DNA from: Phaeosaccion multiseriatum
Taxonomy: Eukaryota; Protista; Ochrophyta, other classes
Length of the DNA stretch: 64,000 nucleotides
Assembly (NCBI GenBank): GCA_965112735.1
Contig: OZ218957.1
Location: 1,240,001-1,304,000 of the forward strand
Direction of reading: 5' to 3'
The notes beneath the pieces were generated by a model. That model did not search any database, was not told the origin of the DNA, and saw only the letters and a program-made list of their open reading frames with translations. A program made the position numbers and the translations under genes. The stretch's first letter is position 1. Every line of letters starts with the position of its first letter. Shown piece by piece: positions 25,701 to 38,808 of this stretch.

Positions 25701-27178
25701 CAGATCCGTGTAGGACCCCCCGGGATGAAGCTCAATGTCGTTGAGACTATTTTCCACGTCCAGCCTCGCCTGCCGAACAGCAGTGGCAAACAGTTTTGTA
25801 TTTAATTTCTGTTCTTGGACCCTACTACCACCTGCGGTAGTGTCGTGTGTGAGCGAGCCGACTACTCACCCAGCTCTGCAGCGCGTCCCGAATGCCCAGG
25901 AGGACGGACTTCATGCCGTTGACGCTGGACCAATGTGACAGTTGCAGAATCTCGAGGCAGGCGATCCGCCCCATCATGAAACCCTACAGCAAGAGAGCCA
26001 TAGAGATAAGCAAGTAGTTGGTTGTTTGTTTTTGGGTTGACAGGAGGCCGGGAGGAAGGGAGGGAGGGAGGGAAGGACGGAAGGAGGGAGGGAGGAGGGA
26101 GAGAGAGAGAGAGAGAGGGCGACAGGGGTGGAATACGCACCACCAGCACGCGATGAGACAAGGAGGGAGAGGGGGGGGGGGGATAATGGCTTCTGCCACA
26201 AGCAACAAAAAGAGGGGAGATAAGAGACGTGTACCTCAAATCGAGGCCTGACGAGCTTGACTTGTGGAGGGAAGAATGGATATAAATCGATCTTGAAAGA
26301 GAGCTCCATCTCCACATAGTCGTAGCCATAGCGGTCGCGCAGCTTGGCCAGGTCTCTCGACAAACTGGAGGAAGGGTCGAACCCGCTCATCACCACCTGA
26401 AGGGAAGGGGGTGGTACAACACAAACGAATGAGAGGGTGGGTCCCCTCTCGCGGCAGGGAAATTCCCGGCTCAATGCCCTCCTCACCCGCCACTTGTAAA
26501 TGTTGTCCGAAATGGCTTCCACCGAGAGGCCGAGCTCCACCTCCTCCCTCTGCATCTGCAGCAAATCGCTGGTCAAGACGATGCTTGAACCGGCGCTCGT
26601 GAAGATTTGGTCCACCTGATACATCAAAGCAGTAGAGCACGCACCACTTATGCTAAGGACAAGCCCATCCAGCCCAAGTGACAGCTGTTGAAAGAATACG
26701 GGGTGCTGGAGGGAGAGACTATGCCCTCTTCGGAAAGTATCACTCCACATGCCATGTCCACCAATGCCTTCATTTTTCCTGTGCGCAACGCACCCACGCA
26801 CCCACGCACCTTCCCTTTGACGGCAGCGCCCATCTTTCCCTTGCCCTTGCCCTTGCCTGCTGCTGCTCCCGCCTTCTTCAGACTCTCCTCCCGCTCGGCC
26901 TCTTCTAGAGCCATCCTAGCTCTCATTTCCTTCTCCTTCTCCTGCCACCTCTTCTTTTTGTAGTGCTCCTGCAACCACTGGTTCTGCTCTGGCGCCGCGT
27001 CTTCCCCTTCCTCCCCTCCATCGCCTTCGTAGGTGTATTCATATTCACTTCCTTCCTCGCTCTCCTGCTCATCTTCCACGTCACCCTCCCCCCCTCCAGC
27101 GACTCCCTCGTCATCGGATTCTTCCATGGAGACGGCCCCGTCTCCCCTGCGCGGGAGCGAGGCGGAGGAGGAGGACAT
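22797..27178 (-). CDS. Ubiquitin-conjugating enzyme with two E2 domains (N-terminal UBE2Q-like, C-terminal BIRC6/UBE2O-type)
   Basis: Domain 1: 'NIYKWRV..SGFDPSSSLSRDL..YPFFPPQVKLVRPRF..GRIACLEILQLSHWS'. Linker 'YWAKGTGYG'. Domain 2: '[65 protein letters not shown]'. Stop at 22797-22799. Confidence 0.88.
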
Positions 27179-27201
27179 GGGGGGGGGGGGGGCGATGGGG
27201 A

Positions 27202-27293
27202 GGAGGAGGAGGGATGGTGAGGGGGAAGAGGGATGGCGAGAGGGGAGGAGGAGGGATGGTGAGGGGGAAGAGGGATGGCGAGAGGGGAGGAGG
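27202..27293. repeat. 42-bp purine-rich direct repeat, about 2 copies
   Basis: 'gagggatggtgagggggaagagggatggcgagaggggaggag' starts at 27209 and again at 27251, just upstream of the E2 start codon. Confidence 0.8.
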
Positions 27294-28098
27294 CGGGCGA
27301 GGATCGCGGAAGAGGAGCGATGGGAGGAGGAGGGGGGATGGGGAGGATGAGAATGGGACGTAGTGGTTATGGGTTGAAGGCAGTGAAGGGAAGGAGGTGG
27401 GGAGGAGAATGAGACGTAGTGGCCATGGGTTGAAGGCAGGGAAGGGGAGGGGGGCGGGGTTGGCGGAGAGGGAGGGGAGGGGCTTGTCGATGACTGACAG
27501 AGTTATAATGTGTGTCACGGCGGACGAGAGCGAGCGAGAGAGACCACGAAAACCATCCTCCGTCCCACGACTGCGCGGGAGCACGGGGTTACAATCATTG
27601 CGGGGGGCAACAAACATGAGAGCCCATTGTGCCTTCTTTGATGACTCCAGCGCACCTCTTCTTGGCGTCCAGCTCATCCATCCATCCAAAAGGTACCGGG
27701 GAAGGCGGAAATGGTGTGTGTAGCTGGTGCGTGGGTGGGGAGAAGGGGAGAAAAAAAAACTCGACGGAAGGGGATGAAGATTTTGAGTTTCCGCTTCACA
27801 ATTTTTAGGGGGGGGACCCAACCTTGGAAAGGTGTTTTTATTCTCTCTCTCTCTCGATTCATCCCGATCCCCTGCTCCACCATCTCTTCACGCTATCCCT
27901 CTTTTCCTCAATTTGACTGAAGTAGTGTGTGGAGAGCAGAGAGGAAGATCATGGTCGATCTGGAGAGGGGACGGGCTGGATGTTCTCTTCCCTCGAGGGA
28001 ACTCTCTCACCACTCTCAACTGACAGAAAGTCCGTGAGTGTGTTGGCTCGCACCTCTCCCGCAGGCCCAGGCTCACACTGTGGTAGTGGGCGAGACGT

Positions 28099-28818
28099 AT
28101 GGCTTTCTTCGGCGGGGCTTCGCCCATGAACCACTGCCTTAGCGTCAACCAGCTCAGGTCAGGAGCAGCAACCAGCACTCACCATTTCCCTCCCTCCCTC
28201 CACTCACTCACCCACTCACCCACTCACTCACTCACTCACTCTCTTCCTCCCTCGTCTACTCTCTCACTGTCTCATTCACTCGCTCACTTGCCCACTCAAC
28301 CTACGCACTCACTCACTCACCCACACACTATCCTCTCTCCCTCAGGCACCCTCGCTTTCACTCACCAACCCGCTCTGCACCCAAGCGCTCACTCACCTAC
28401 CCACTCACCCACTCAGTCACCCACGCACACACTCACCCACACACTCACTCACCCACACACTCACTCACTCACTCTCACCCACACCCCCACCCACCCACCC
28501 ATCAAAGCTTATCTTCCTTGTGCCCCCCTTTTTCTCCCTCTCTTCGGTACTGCTGCTTCCTACTGGTGCAGAAATCCTCGCCTGAACGAGTACTTTGCCG
28601 TAGTTGGGCTGGGAGATGACGTCACTCCGGTCAGAGACGGAAGTCCGGTTCGGCCGGAGAACTGGGAGGGGCCGGGGGACGGGCCGCCCCACTCTGAAGC
28701 TGTGGATGGGACCAAGTACAGGGCCAAGGTGATCAGCAGATTCCCACTCTACGACCACGAAGACAACCCCTTCCCGTCGAATTTGGCTCTATTCTGTCTA
28801 CCTGGTGCGTCTTGTTGC

Positions 28819-28852
<34 letters not shown>

Positions 28853-31800
28853 ACTGGGGTGTTGGGGCTGGCTTGCTGATACCTTCTCCTCCCTCCCCCC
28901 CCACCGAGAGCAGGAGGGTACCGATTGAGGCGACGGATGGAGCTGCCCACATTCTTTGCCTTTGTCCACACGAGGGCCAATGGGCAGCACATGTTTGGCT
29001 TCGTGCTCACCTTTTTTGAGGTACGATGGTGTGGTCGCAATCTGAAGGTCACGCAAGGAGTGTTGGGGTGTGGTCGTCAAGCTCCTACTGGTGTGTTTGT
29101 GTTCTCGCCTCTAACGACTGCCTGCCTTTCAGCCGCTCACGGACGGGCAGATGGAGCAGCTGAAGCAAATGGAGCAGCTAGGGCAGGAGCAGCGAGGGGA
29201 GGAGCAGCAGAAGCAGGAGCAGGAGCAGGAACAGGAACAGGAGCAGCAAGTGCAAGGCAGTGGAAGAAGTGGGCCGGCGCTGCCGCCCTTGTTCGGACCC
29301 AAGTGTTTGTGTCTGCTGTCGTGCTGGCCTTACTTTACCGGCTACCGTGAGTGGCTCACGAGCTTGTATCGGATATCTCTGTGTCCGACAAAGGTGGGTT
29401 GGAGGCTCTGGTGCTGGGTGTGTTGGTTGTTTCACGGCAATCCCCGAACCTCAGACCCTTAACGAGTCGGCCCGCCCCACCCTACACGCCGCAGATGCCT
29501 TTGGAGCGCTACGTGTGCAACTTCATGCTTGAGGTGCCTCTGCCCATCGCGGGGCAGGTGGAGGTGCAGTACAGCATGGCCGATGGAGGCACCAGGGGCA
29601 AGCAGGGGGGGGGGGGGGGGCAAATGGCAGCGGCGAGAGCAACGGGAGCAACGGCAAGCACGAGAAGAGGGGGAGCGGGGGGGGGCAGGTGGCGGCTGGG
29701 GGCCTGGCGCAGAGCATTTGCTTCAACTGCCCGCCACCCAACAAGCCCATCGCGTGGGACTCGCTGCCCTTCGAGCCGCTTTTCAAGTGCTTGGATGCGA
29801 GGAACATTCTTACTGTGTTTGAGTGCCTCCTCTTGGAGCGAAGTGTCGTCCTTCTGTCTTCGCAGATGCACCTCCTCACCGTCTGTGCGGAGGTAAGGGT
29901 CTTTCTTGCGTGTTTCGGTCCGCCTCTCTCTCCCTCTCTTCTCTCATGCATCCACCACACCCCCCTCCAACCCCTTTCTTTCCAGGTGCTGACCATTCTC
30001 ATGTACCCTCTGAGCTGGGTGCACGTGTACATTCCCGTGCTCCCCGAGGTGCTGCTAGGTGTGCTCAACGCACCCATGCCCTTCCTCGTCGGAATCCACT
30101 CCGACTTCGTCCATGTAAGACGCCTTCTGTTGCACCGGGAGTCCAAGAAGGAGTCTCTAGTCTCTCCCCTTGGCTGGTCCTTCATGCTCCTCGATACCTC
30201 CCTTGTCTCGACTCTCTCCCTCTCTGCCTCGTGGCAACCAACCAACTAACCAGGATGGCGGGGTGGAGATCCCTCTCGACGTGGTGCGAGTGCACTTAGA
30301 CCGGAACGAAGTGGAGCTGTGCGAGTCTCACCCGCTGCCCTCTTTGCCCAACCGCCGGAGACTCAAGCTCATGACCTCGCTCATGGAGTTCGGAGAGCGA
30401 GGACCGGAGACGAGAGGAGAGAGTGAGTAGTAGTGCCCCTCTCTTCCCTCCTTCCCTTCTTCCCTCCTCCTGCTTCGTCTTCGTTTATCTGTCTCTCTAT
30501 CTGTCTGTCTGCCTCTCTATTTGTGTCCTCATGCTCCTATTGCCCCTCCTCCCTTGTCTCTCGCTCTCGTGGACTGGACCACACACACACACGCACACAC
30601 ACACAGTCTTCACCGACGAGTTCTTGGTGCAGGCCGACCTCGCCTTTCCTATGGCCCTGAGGCCCTGCGACTTTGACGATGCACCGGATGGGGAGGCCGA
30701 AGGGGCGGGGCCTTTTTCCCCCAACTGGGACGAGGTGAGGGAGGGGGCTGGGGGGAGGTGGGGGAGTGTCGGGAGGACAGTAGCGTGGCAGGGAGGAGCG
30801 CTGTCAGGGTTCAGTCAAGGAGGAGTTGGGAATATCAATGGCTGAAGGGAGTTGTCTGGTCTTGTTTGTTGCGTCCAGTCAACTTGAAGTCCAACGTGCG
30901 TCTCTCCTTGTCCTCCCCCATTGAAGGTGCGGGAAGCATTCACTCGCTTCTTCGTAGCCTTGCTGAAGGGGTACCGAAGGTTCCTCGTGTACCCCACTCA
31001 TGCCAACCCTGCGCCCAAGAGCATCTTCAACAAGGTAATGCTTTGCTTTGCTTTGGTATCATTGCGGTTGCAGGCACATGTTGCTTCCTCCGCTCTGTGT
31101 CTCACGAAAAACCTTACTGTGCGTGGTGTGTGGTGAACGAAACAAACGCAAATACACACAGGATGGGTTTGTGGAGCATCTCGACCCGGAGTTCCGGCCC
31201 TTTGTGGCGGCACTGACCCGCACGCAGTCCTTCCAGAACTTTGTGGATGCGCGCATCCAGCCCGACCCTGACGACCTCGACATCACCTTCTTCGACGAGA
31301 ACATTGAGGCCAAGAGGAACAGGTCCAAGCTGCACATGGGAAGGAAGAAGGACACGCAGTTTCTCAGGTACGGTAGATCAACAGTTACAATGGTATTGTT
31401 CTGTCTGTGGAGGGCACAAGCCCCACCCCCCTGCAAGACGATAAGAGCTGCTGGTCTGGTCCGGCCCCGCTCCAGCTTGCGCCCTCTCACCTCCAGCCCA
31501 AACGCCCAAACGCCCGTTGCTATCCCTTGGCATCCCGTGGCATCGATGCGCCACGATTCGCCACGCCATGCAGGAGCCACGCCTACGAGAGCGTGCGCAC
31601 AGTCGTGGCTCTCACGCCCGACCCGGGGGGGCTTGAGGCGCACCATGTCCCCGTGGATGCAACGCGCTTCCCCTCCCTCCGAGAGGAGATGTACGCCCCC
31701 CCGCGCATCCTGCCCGCGGCCAACGAGCAGAAGCGGGGCAACTCCAAGCTGTACGAGAACAAGAAGGGGCGCGAGAACAAGGCCTCTGCCTCGCGAATGT

Positions 31801-34800
31801 TCCGTATGATGCACGGGGAGCAGGAGGTGCTCGAGTTGGCTGCCTCCCCTGCCGCCACCATCTTCTCACTGTTTCTCATGGCTTTCGCCTCGTCCGTGGG
31901 GAGAGAGCCTGCTGCCGTCAAGGTAAGTGAGACAAGGGAGAGGAGTGGGGGAGAGTGTTGTGGGCGGAACTGTCTTACATGGGGCTTGGTGCGGTCTGTT
32001 TTTTCACGTCAAGGGGCATCGAGCAGTGGAGCGGGTGGAAGGGCTGTGCTGTGGTTGTCTTGATATGTCTACTCAACTCTACTTCTAAACGACTGGACGA
32101 CCTCCCAACCCCCCCCCCCCCCCGGTAGACGCCGGGCACGGCGGTGGAGGGGATCACGACGGTCCGCGCCGTGAAGGCTGTGCGCGCCGCCAGCGCTCTA
32201 ACTGGGGAGGCCGAGTCCGTGCCTCGCATCCGCAGAGCCCTGTCAGAGGCGACGGTGCAGGGGGCGGGGCTGCATCTGGCGTGCAACGTCAAGATCAACA
32301 CTCTCATCTACGGGAAAAGGTGAGAATGATGATTCAATTCAACCACACCCCCCGGCCACCGCTGCTGCCCCTGTTGCTACCATCCCTGAGCACCCAATGA
32401 TGCGTCGGTCCCCTCCCCTCCCCTCAGATCCTCGGCGCTGTCCACCATCCTAGACAAGAGTTTCACCTCGAATGAGCTGTTGGAGGGCGTGAGTGGAGTC
32501 ATCCTGGCGACGGGAGAGAGATCGTACGAAAGGCCCTTGGCGGGGCGAGAGGGGGAGGCGTCCGGCGATGTATCGGTGGTCCTCTTTTGGGACCGAAAGG
32601 AGGAGAGGCGGTTCGCCATAGACTCAGGTGAGGGCTCTCTCTCGCTCTCTCTCTCTCTTCCTTTTGGCTTTGTTTGCCCCTGGTCCATGGCAATTAGAGC
32701 GTGTCTCACCCGCAAGCCCCCCTCCCCCTCCGACCCTCTCCGCCACCTCGCCCCTCCCACCCTCACCTATCCTGTGCCTTAGCGCTGGGAGTTGCGTTCG
32801 AGACGGTGTCTTTGATGAAGAAGAACGACATGGTAGTGGAGGAGGCTGTGTACAGGACCCTCATGAGCGCCTGCGGGAGGTCGGGCAGCTCACAGAGCGC
32901 GATGAAGGTATGTAGCAGGGTGTGGGTACATTGTATGGCGGCGTGTAGCAGGGTGTGGGTACATTGTATGGCGGGGTGTAGCAGGGTGTGGGTATGGCGG
33001 GGTGTAGCAGGGTGTGGGTACATTGTATGGCGGGGTGTAGCAGGGTGTGGGTATGGCGGGGTGTAGCAGGGTGTGGGCATATTGTATGGCGGGGTGTAGG
33101 AGGGTGTGGGTATATTGTATGGCGGGGTGTAGCAGGGTGTGGGTACATTGTATGGCGGGGTGTGGCAGGGTGTGGGTATATTGTATGGCGGGGTGTAGCA
33201 GGGTGTGGGTATATTGTATGGCGGGGTGTAGCAGGGCGTAGGTGTGGAGTTGTGTGGTCTGGGTGGTATGCAAGAGCCTGACTGCAGCTATGCCTCAGTT
33301 GGGTGGCCGGGTGGCTGAATGGCTGGGCCTTACTGACTTATTGACCTCGTCGTGCCTCGTGTGGCTCATCCTCAGGTGATGGACATGCTGCTCGAGGCGG
33401 GCATCATGCCGGACGCCATGATCTCTCGCTGTCTCGTTGACGCCTTCGCCATGGACGAGGGGGGCGTGGCCAACCCCTTCGACCTGCTGGACTGGAGCAA
33501 GTACAGGGCCAAGGGGGACCAGGCGCTGAAGATCCCCACCTTTCGGGCGGACAACAACCCCTTTTCGAGGTACGGGGGGGCTCAAATTTCGTGTCATTTG
33601 GTTTGGTCGTTCTTGGGGTGTTTGGTGGGGGAGAGGAAAGGCCCTAACACGCTCTCCCCGCCTCACTCGCTCCAACCAGCAGTGGCGGCAGCAAGGCTCT
33701 GTCTTTGTCTCGCTTCACGGGAAGCACCTTTTGTTGAGTTTGTTTCTGCCTTCAATGTAGTTTGGCAAGAAAAAGCCCCCTGACGCTACTACTATGCCCC
33801 CCACCCGCACACGCTCCAACAGTGGCGGCAGCAATGCTCTGTCTCGCTTCATGAACACTCACCTCAACAAGGACGAGGGGGAGGACAAGATGAGCCAAGG
33901 CACGCCCGCCTCCAGCAGCAGCCGCGTTGGGGAGGACGCAGAGCAGGGCATGGGGGCCGATGCACTGCCCATTCCCCAGGTATGTGTTGCCATCATCTGC
34001 CATCTCCAACATCTATCCACCGGCATCCATCCGTCGTGCGTCGTGTGAAAGGGGCGTGTATCAACAATCCCCTCGCCTTCCCCTCTCGCCCCTGCCTGCC
34101 TGCCTGCCCATATGCCCATATGCCCCTATGCCCTTATGCCTGCCCCCGCCTCTCAGGAGTTACAGATGCAAGTGGCCCTCGGCGAGCGCATGCTGCTTGC
34201 CGTGTTCCCTGAGCTCAAGGTGGAGACGGAGGGCGAGACGTGCCCCTTGTGCCACACTAAGCTCTCCAGCGCAGATGTGCGCAAGGGATGGGAGGCGGAC
34301 GTGAACATATACACCACCATGTGCCCGGCTGTCGTGGGCAAGGACGACAAAAAGGTACACGGTGGGCTCAGTCAGAGTTGCTGCTTTCGTCGCTTTTGTC
34401 TCTGTTGTGTGAGTGTCTGTGTATGTGTACGGTACTCACTAACTGCCTAAACCCAAGTTCCTCTCCCTGATATTTTCTTGACTGACCTGACCGATGACAC
34501 CTCTGCTTTCTTGTTTGACATACCGACCGACCGGCCCATGAACGAACAAAACGACACCACATATACGCGATGGGTTGAGAAAGCAGCCTTGTGGGCGCAA
34601 GTTCGTGGCTCGCTTCTCGGTCCACTCCTCCGCCCCGGACTGGGAGGGCTCCACAGGCATCGGCACCGTGCTCTGGTGCGAGTACCTGCCCCCCTGGGTC
34701 CTGCGCAAGGAGCTGCAGACACTGCTCGTGTCCTACGGCATCGAGACTGTGTGCTCTGCCGACTTTCGCCTCAGCAAGGGCTGCTCGGGCACCAACAGCA

Positions 34801-34913
34801 CCCTGTTCTGGAACCTTGTGGTGCACTTCAGACAGTACCAATTGCCGCTCACCTTCCTGCTATCGGGGCCCTTCTCTGCGCAGGTCATCACTCCCGCCCT
34901 GCTCGGGACGTAG
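28099..34913 (+). CDS. DENN-domain Rab GEF with PPR-like repeat and Cys-rich C-terminus (DENND4-like)
   Basis: uDENN 'RLNEYFAVVG..VISRFPLYDHEDNPFPSNLALFCLP'; cDENN 'PKCLCLLSCWPYF', 'LMYPLSWVHVYIPVLP..VLNAPMPFLVGIH'; dDENN 'LTRTQSFQNFVD'; PPR 'EAVYRTLMSACGRSG'; DENND4-like C-terminus 'YLPPWVLRKEL..LFWNLVVHF..LPLTFL'. Confidence 0.88.
28195..28500. repeat. Degenerate (CACT/CACC)n low-complexity tract in DENN intron 1
   Basis: Repeated cactcact/cacccact units visible in the sequence. Confidence 0.75.
32911..33237 (+). repeat. G-rich intronic minisatellite, about 10 copies of a 33-bp unit (two 26-bp variants)
   Basis: Unit TGTAGCAGGGTGTGGGTACATTGTATGGCGGGG; short variant lacks TACATTG; begins right after the splice donor at 32908. 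Confidence 0.95.
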
Positions 34914-35116
34914 CAGGAGTACGCAAGAGCGAGGGAGCGAGCGAGCGGGCGAATGATGGGCCGCGCTGTTGGCTGGGACTTGAGGGTCGGGAGCCTTTGG
35001 AAGCCTGCCGATACCCCATAGTCCCTTCCAGCTGGGCGCATTTTTCTCAAGCGTTAAGTTATTAACTCCTCTATGTTTGATTGTCTATCTATGTGCTATT
35101 GCATATTTCCATCTGT

Positions 35117-38100
35117 CTATCTATGTGCTATTTCACCTCCCCCCCCCGGAGCACAGAAGTCGTACGTCTCTTTGAGCCGCACGCCAATGCGCAGCTGATT
35201 AAGGCCACTCACTCCAACACACACAACTCCACCTCCCTCCCCCCCCCCCCCCACGGCCCTCATGACGGGCAGGTATCTGACTGCTCGTTTCGAAAATTCG
35301 TCCGAGAGCTCTGTAAGGTCCGCCTCATCGGGTATTGAGTAAAAGGCGCGATTCACCACGCTCTTTACTCGCAGAGGCTTGTCCTTCTTGCCCGGCTGCT
35401 GCAGCTGTGCGTCTGCCCGCCTTGCCATAGTGGCTGTTATGTCTCTCAGTGTCACCACGCCGCTGATGCGCAAGCCGCCCTCGGACTTGAGTAGCTCGTC
35501 GGCAGTCCACACGTACACCGCGGCGGGCTTGTCGCTTGCGTCGCTTGCGTCTTTGGGGGTGGGCAGGGCTTGGGAGTCCTCCACAACCAAAGCGAGCTCC
35601 GTGCGCGTGCGAGCAAACTCCTTGAGCAGCAGAGACACAGGCGTACGGGCACTCGTGGAGACGACAAGGGGCAGCAGAGCGGAGGCCACGGACGCGCCTG
35701 TGCAGCCGACGTTACAGAACGAAGTGTGTGGTTAGAGAGAGAGAGAGAGAGAGCCCCACTCCACTCGACTACGCTCACGCCACTTGCCTTCTTTCTTGTT
35801 GGCGACGGCCAACGAGGTCGTCTCCGCTGAGTCCAACGAAGTAGCGCCCCCCTTGGCAGCTGCAGCCGCCGCAGCTTTTCTATCCTCCGATTGCTGCCGC
35901 CGCCGCTGCGCCAGTTCCACCACCAAGGCGCCCAGGCCGGCGGAGGAGAGGAGGGGCAGGATGATGTCGTAGTCCTGTGTCAGCTCAAACAGGAGCAGGC
36001 TGGGGGGAGGGGGAGAGGAGGGGGAGGGGAGGGGCTGTTGAGAAGGCAGGGCCATTCGTTACACTCGAGAGTGGGGGTGATGTATGCATGTATACACACA
36101 CGCACACCTACCTGCCCGTGAGAGGAGCCTTGAACAACGCGGAGAGCACAGACGCCGCCCCCACCATGGCGTAGGCAGGCTCTTGCGCTATCTGGGGAGG
36201 GGGGGGCGTCGCAAGTAAGTCACTTGGGAAGGGGGCGTTCTATGCCACAAAGCAACTGTCTCTTGTTGTTGGACTCACCGCAAAGACTCCTGCGTCCCCA
36301 AAGAGAGCCCCGAAGAAGGGCAAAGGGTGTGAAAGCACAGAGGCCGCCACCTGTGGTCGGCGTGTTTGGTTTGGTCTCGAGTGGTGTAAACGGACTTGAT
36401 AGATCGGCTTTGGCACAACACACAAACACACAAACAACCATAACTACAACCCACCTTTTGGTACGCTGCGCCTGCCGTGGCTCCGAGGAAGAGGCTGGGG
36501 GCGAAGGTACCGCCCACAAGGCCCGAGCTCACACACACCGCAGTGGCCAGGGCCTTGACCACACAGAGGGTCACGAGCTGGATGGTGGCGTACCCACTCG
36601 TGTTGCCCAGCAGCTTGTCCAGCCTGTGTTCGGAACAAGAAGCATTTCAGCCAAAGTGTTCTGAGGCGTAGTATCACTTTTTCCCTCTCCTCTGTCTCTG
36701 TCTCTCTGTCTCTCTCTCGTGCTCTCCGCCCCCTCTCCTTCTTACGTGTCGTAGCCAAAGAACAAGATCTGTGAATGGTGGAGGGAAGGGGGAGGCGGCA
36801 AGTGGGGCGGTTGGTGTGTGTGGCAGCAATAAGAGCAATAAGGGCTTGCCTCTCCACAGGACATGACGTTACCGACCCCATCCACCCACCTGAGGGAACT
36901 TGCAGGCCGCCAGGCCCATGATAGCAGACCCGATGAGGGGCTTGAAGAAGGTAGGGACCTTGCGCATCCACTTGAAGCCGAAGCACTGCGCATGTGTGTG
37001 CGTGCAGGGCAAGGAGACAGGGAGGCAAGGAGGCAATGGGGCAATGGGTGGTGGGGTTCGTTAGGCTGGACACACACACACTCTCTCTACACCGCACCGC
37101 AATGGACAGCTTACCTCTCCTTCGAAGGCCTCGCCGGTCTTCTTCACGAACCACTGGAACATGAGGGCTACCAAGCCGGACAGCAGCCCCAGGCCTTAGG
37201 GGGGGGGGGAGACAAGAATTGTGTGTGTGTGTGAGTGCGTATGTGCAGACAATCACAGAGACAACAGCGCGTAACGGTAACGGGGCGAGCGAGGCGGAGG
37301 AGGGAGAGGAGGTGTGAGCAGCCGAGAGAGAGGCCTGCATTCTACCTTTGCATGGCATTTCCTATCCCTAACGAGCGAAAGAGCAACGTCAAATCAAGTT
37401 TCCTTCCCCCCCCCCCCCCCCCATACGAGCCCCCACCGAGGTAAAGAGGAAGCTCGGCCAGGGGAGACTCGAGTAGGTACGGCGCTGGGCGCAGAGCGTA
37501 CTCCTCGTTTAGGCCGATGCGCGCCACCAAGGAAGACACCGTTGCGCATAGGAGAGTGGCCGCGATGCCGCTCTTGTTTCCAATGCCCGAGGTCTTACTG
37601 AACGACTCCCGCACAACCTCCAGAGAGAAAAAGATGCCCGCGATGGGTGCATTGAACCCGGCCGCCACACCGGCTGCGGCTCCGGCAGCGATGAGGGTGC
37701 GCTGTCTCTCGACAGAGAGGGGCCTGAACAGAGCCCCGGACAAGATACGCGTGAAAGCCACACCCAGCTCCACCGCCGGGCCTTCCGGGCCGAGAGAGTT
37801 GCCCGTCCCCAACGTGGTCACCGCGGCAGCCGACTTGGCCAAGGCGGGCAGCACCTTCACGGGAACCTGTGTGCGGGTAGCGTACAACAACATACATACA
37901 TACATACATACATACATGTCCTGTCATTCGGGACCTGAAGGTAGAGTACCTCCAGCTTGCGAGGCGACGCACCTGTCTATCCACTTCTTTCACAGAGCCT
38001 GCCAGCCCCGGCCCGAAGTCCCCCCCCACGGACGCCCGGAGCAGCACCACTACAACTGCACCCAGCACCGGCACGACGCCTAGGGCCCAAGGACCGAGAG

Positions 38101-38596
38101 ACTGCGGGAAAAGCACAACGAAGGGCCCATACGAGGCCCCCTTGACGGCCTCAATGCCTGTCTTGAAAAGGGTTACTGCGCCGCCAGTGGAAAGGCCAAT
38201 CAGGGTGGAGAGAAGCAGCACCTTGAACTCTTCTCGAAGCCCGATACCCCCGAGTTTGGAAATGAGTCCATCCACAATGGCCAGAGAAGTAGCCCTGAAC
38301 CCTATTCTCTCCTCCTCCTCCTCCTCCTCCTCCTCCTCCTCGTCCCTCTCCTGCTCGAGGTCAATGGAGGGGACACTTGCAGCATCCTCCTCTCTAAGGC
38401 CCAATACTCTTGTTCCTTGGCGTGGCCGCAGAAGCCTCGATGCCAACGTAGGCGCTGGCGGACAAGCAGTAGGCGATGCTAAGCGTTGAGACCGTACGCT
38501 CAGTCTCTGTTTTACATTGCAGGGACTGAGCAACAGGAGCGAGAGAGAGGGGCTAACGAGGAGGATGACGAGGAGCATAAGGAGCAGGGGGGCCAT
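35117..38596 (-). CDS. CLC chloride channel with CBS domains, CLC-e/f (organellar, probably plastid) type
   Basis: 'TLGTGNSLGPEGPAVELG', 'AGAAAGVAAGFNAPIAGIFFSLE', 'SGLVGGTFAPSLFLGA', 'LLLFELTQDYDIILP', C-terminal CBS-like segments; N-terminal hydrophobic signal peptide MAPLLLMLLVILLV (alternative ATG 38629). Confidence 0.9.
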
Positions 38597-38808
38597 CCCC
38601 ACCCTCGATGCCCGCGTGTCCCCCCTCATTTAGCAGAAGCAAAACAAAAATGACACGTTCGTGGCCGAGCGCGCCAAGCGGAACATGTCAACGATCTGTG
38701 AGCTAGTGGAGAACCAACTTGCAAACATAGGAGAGGACTTCCTTTTCTTCCTTTCCTATAGATTGTCTTACCTCCCCCTTCACTTCTGTGGCTGCTACAC
38801 CAAGGGCC

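Noticed and set aside
32911-33237. CRISPR array or repeat-protein ORFs (HPATPRHT...)
   Set aside because: Head-to-tail repeats with no unique spacers, no cas genes, inside a eukaryotic intron; the ORFs are translation artefacts.
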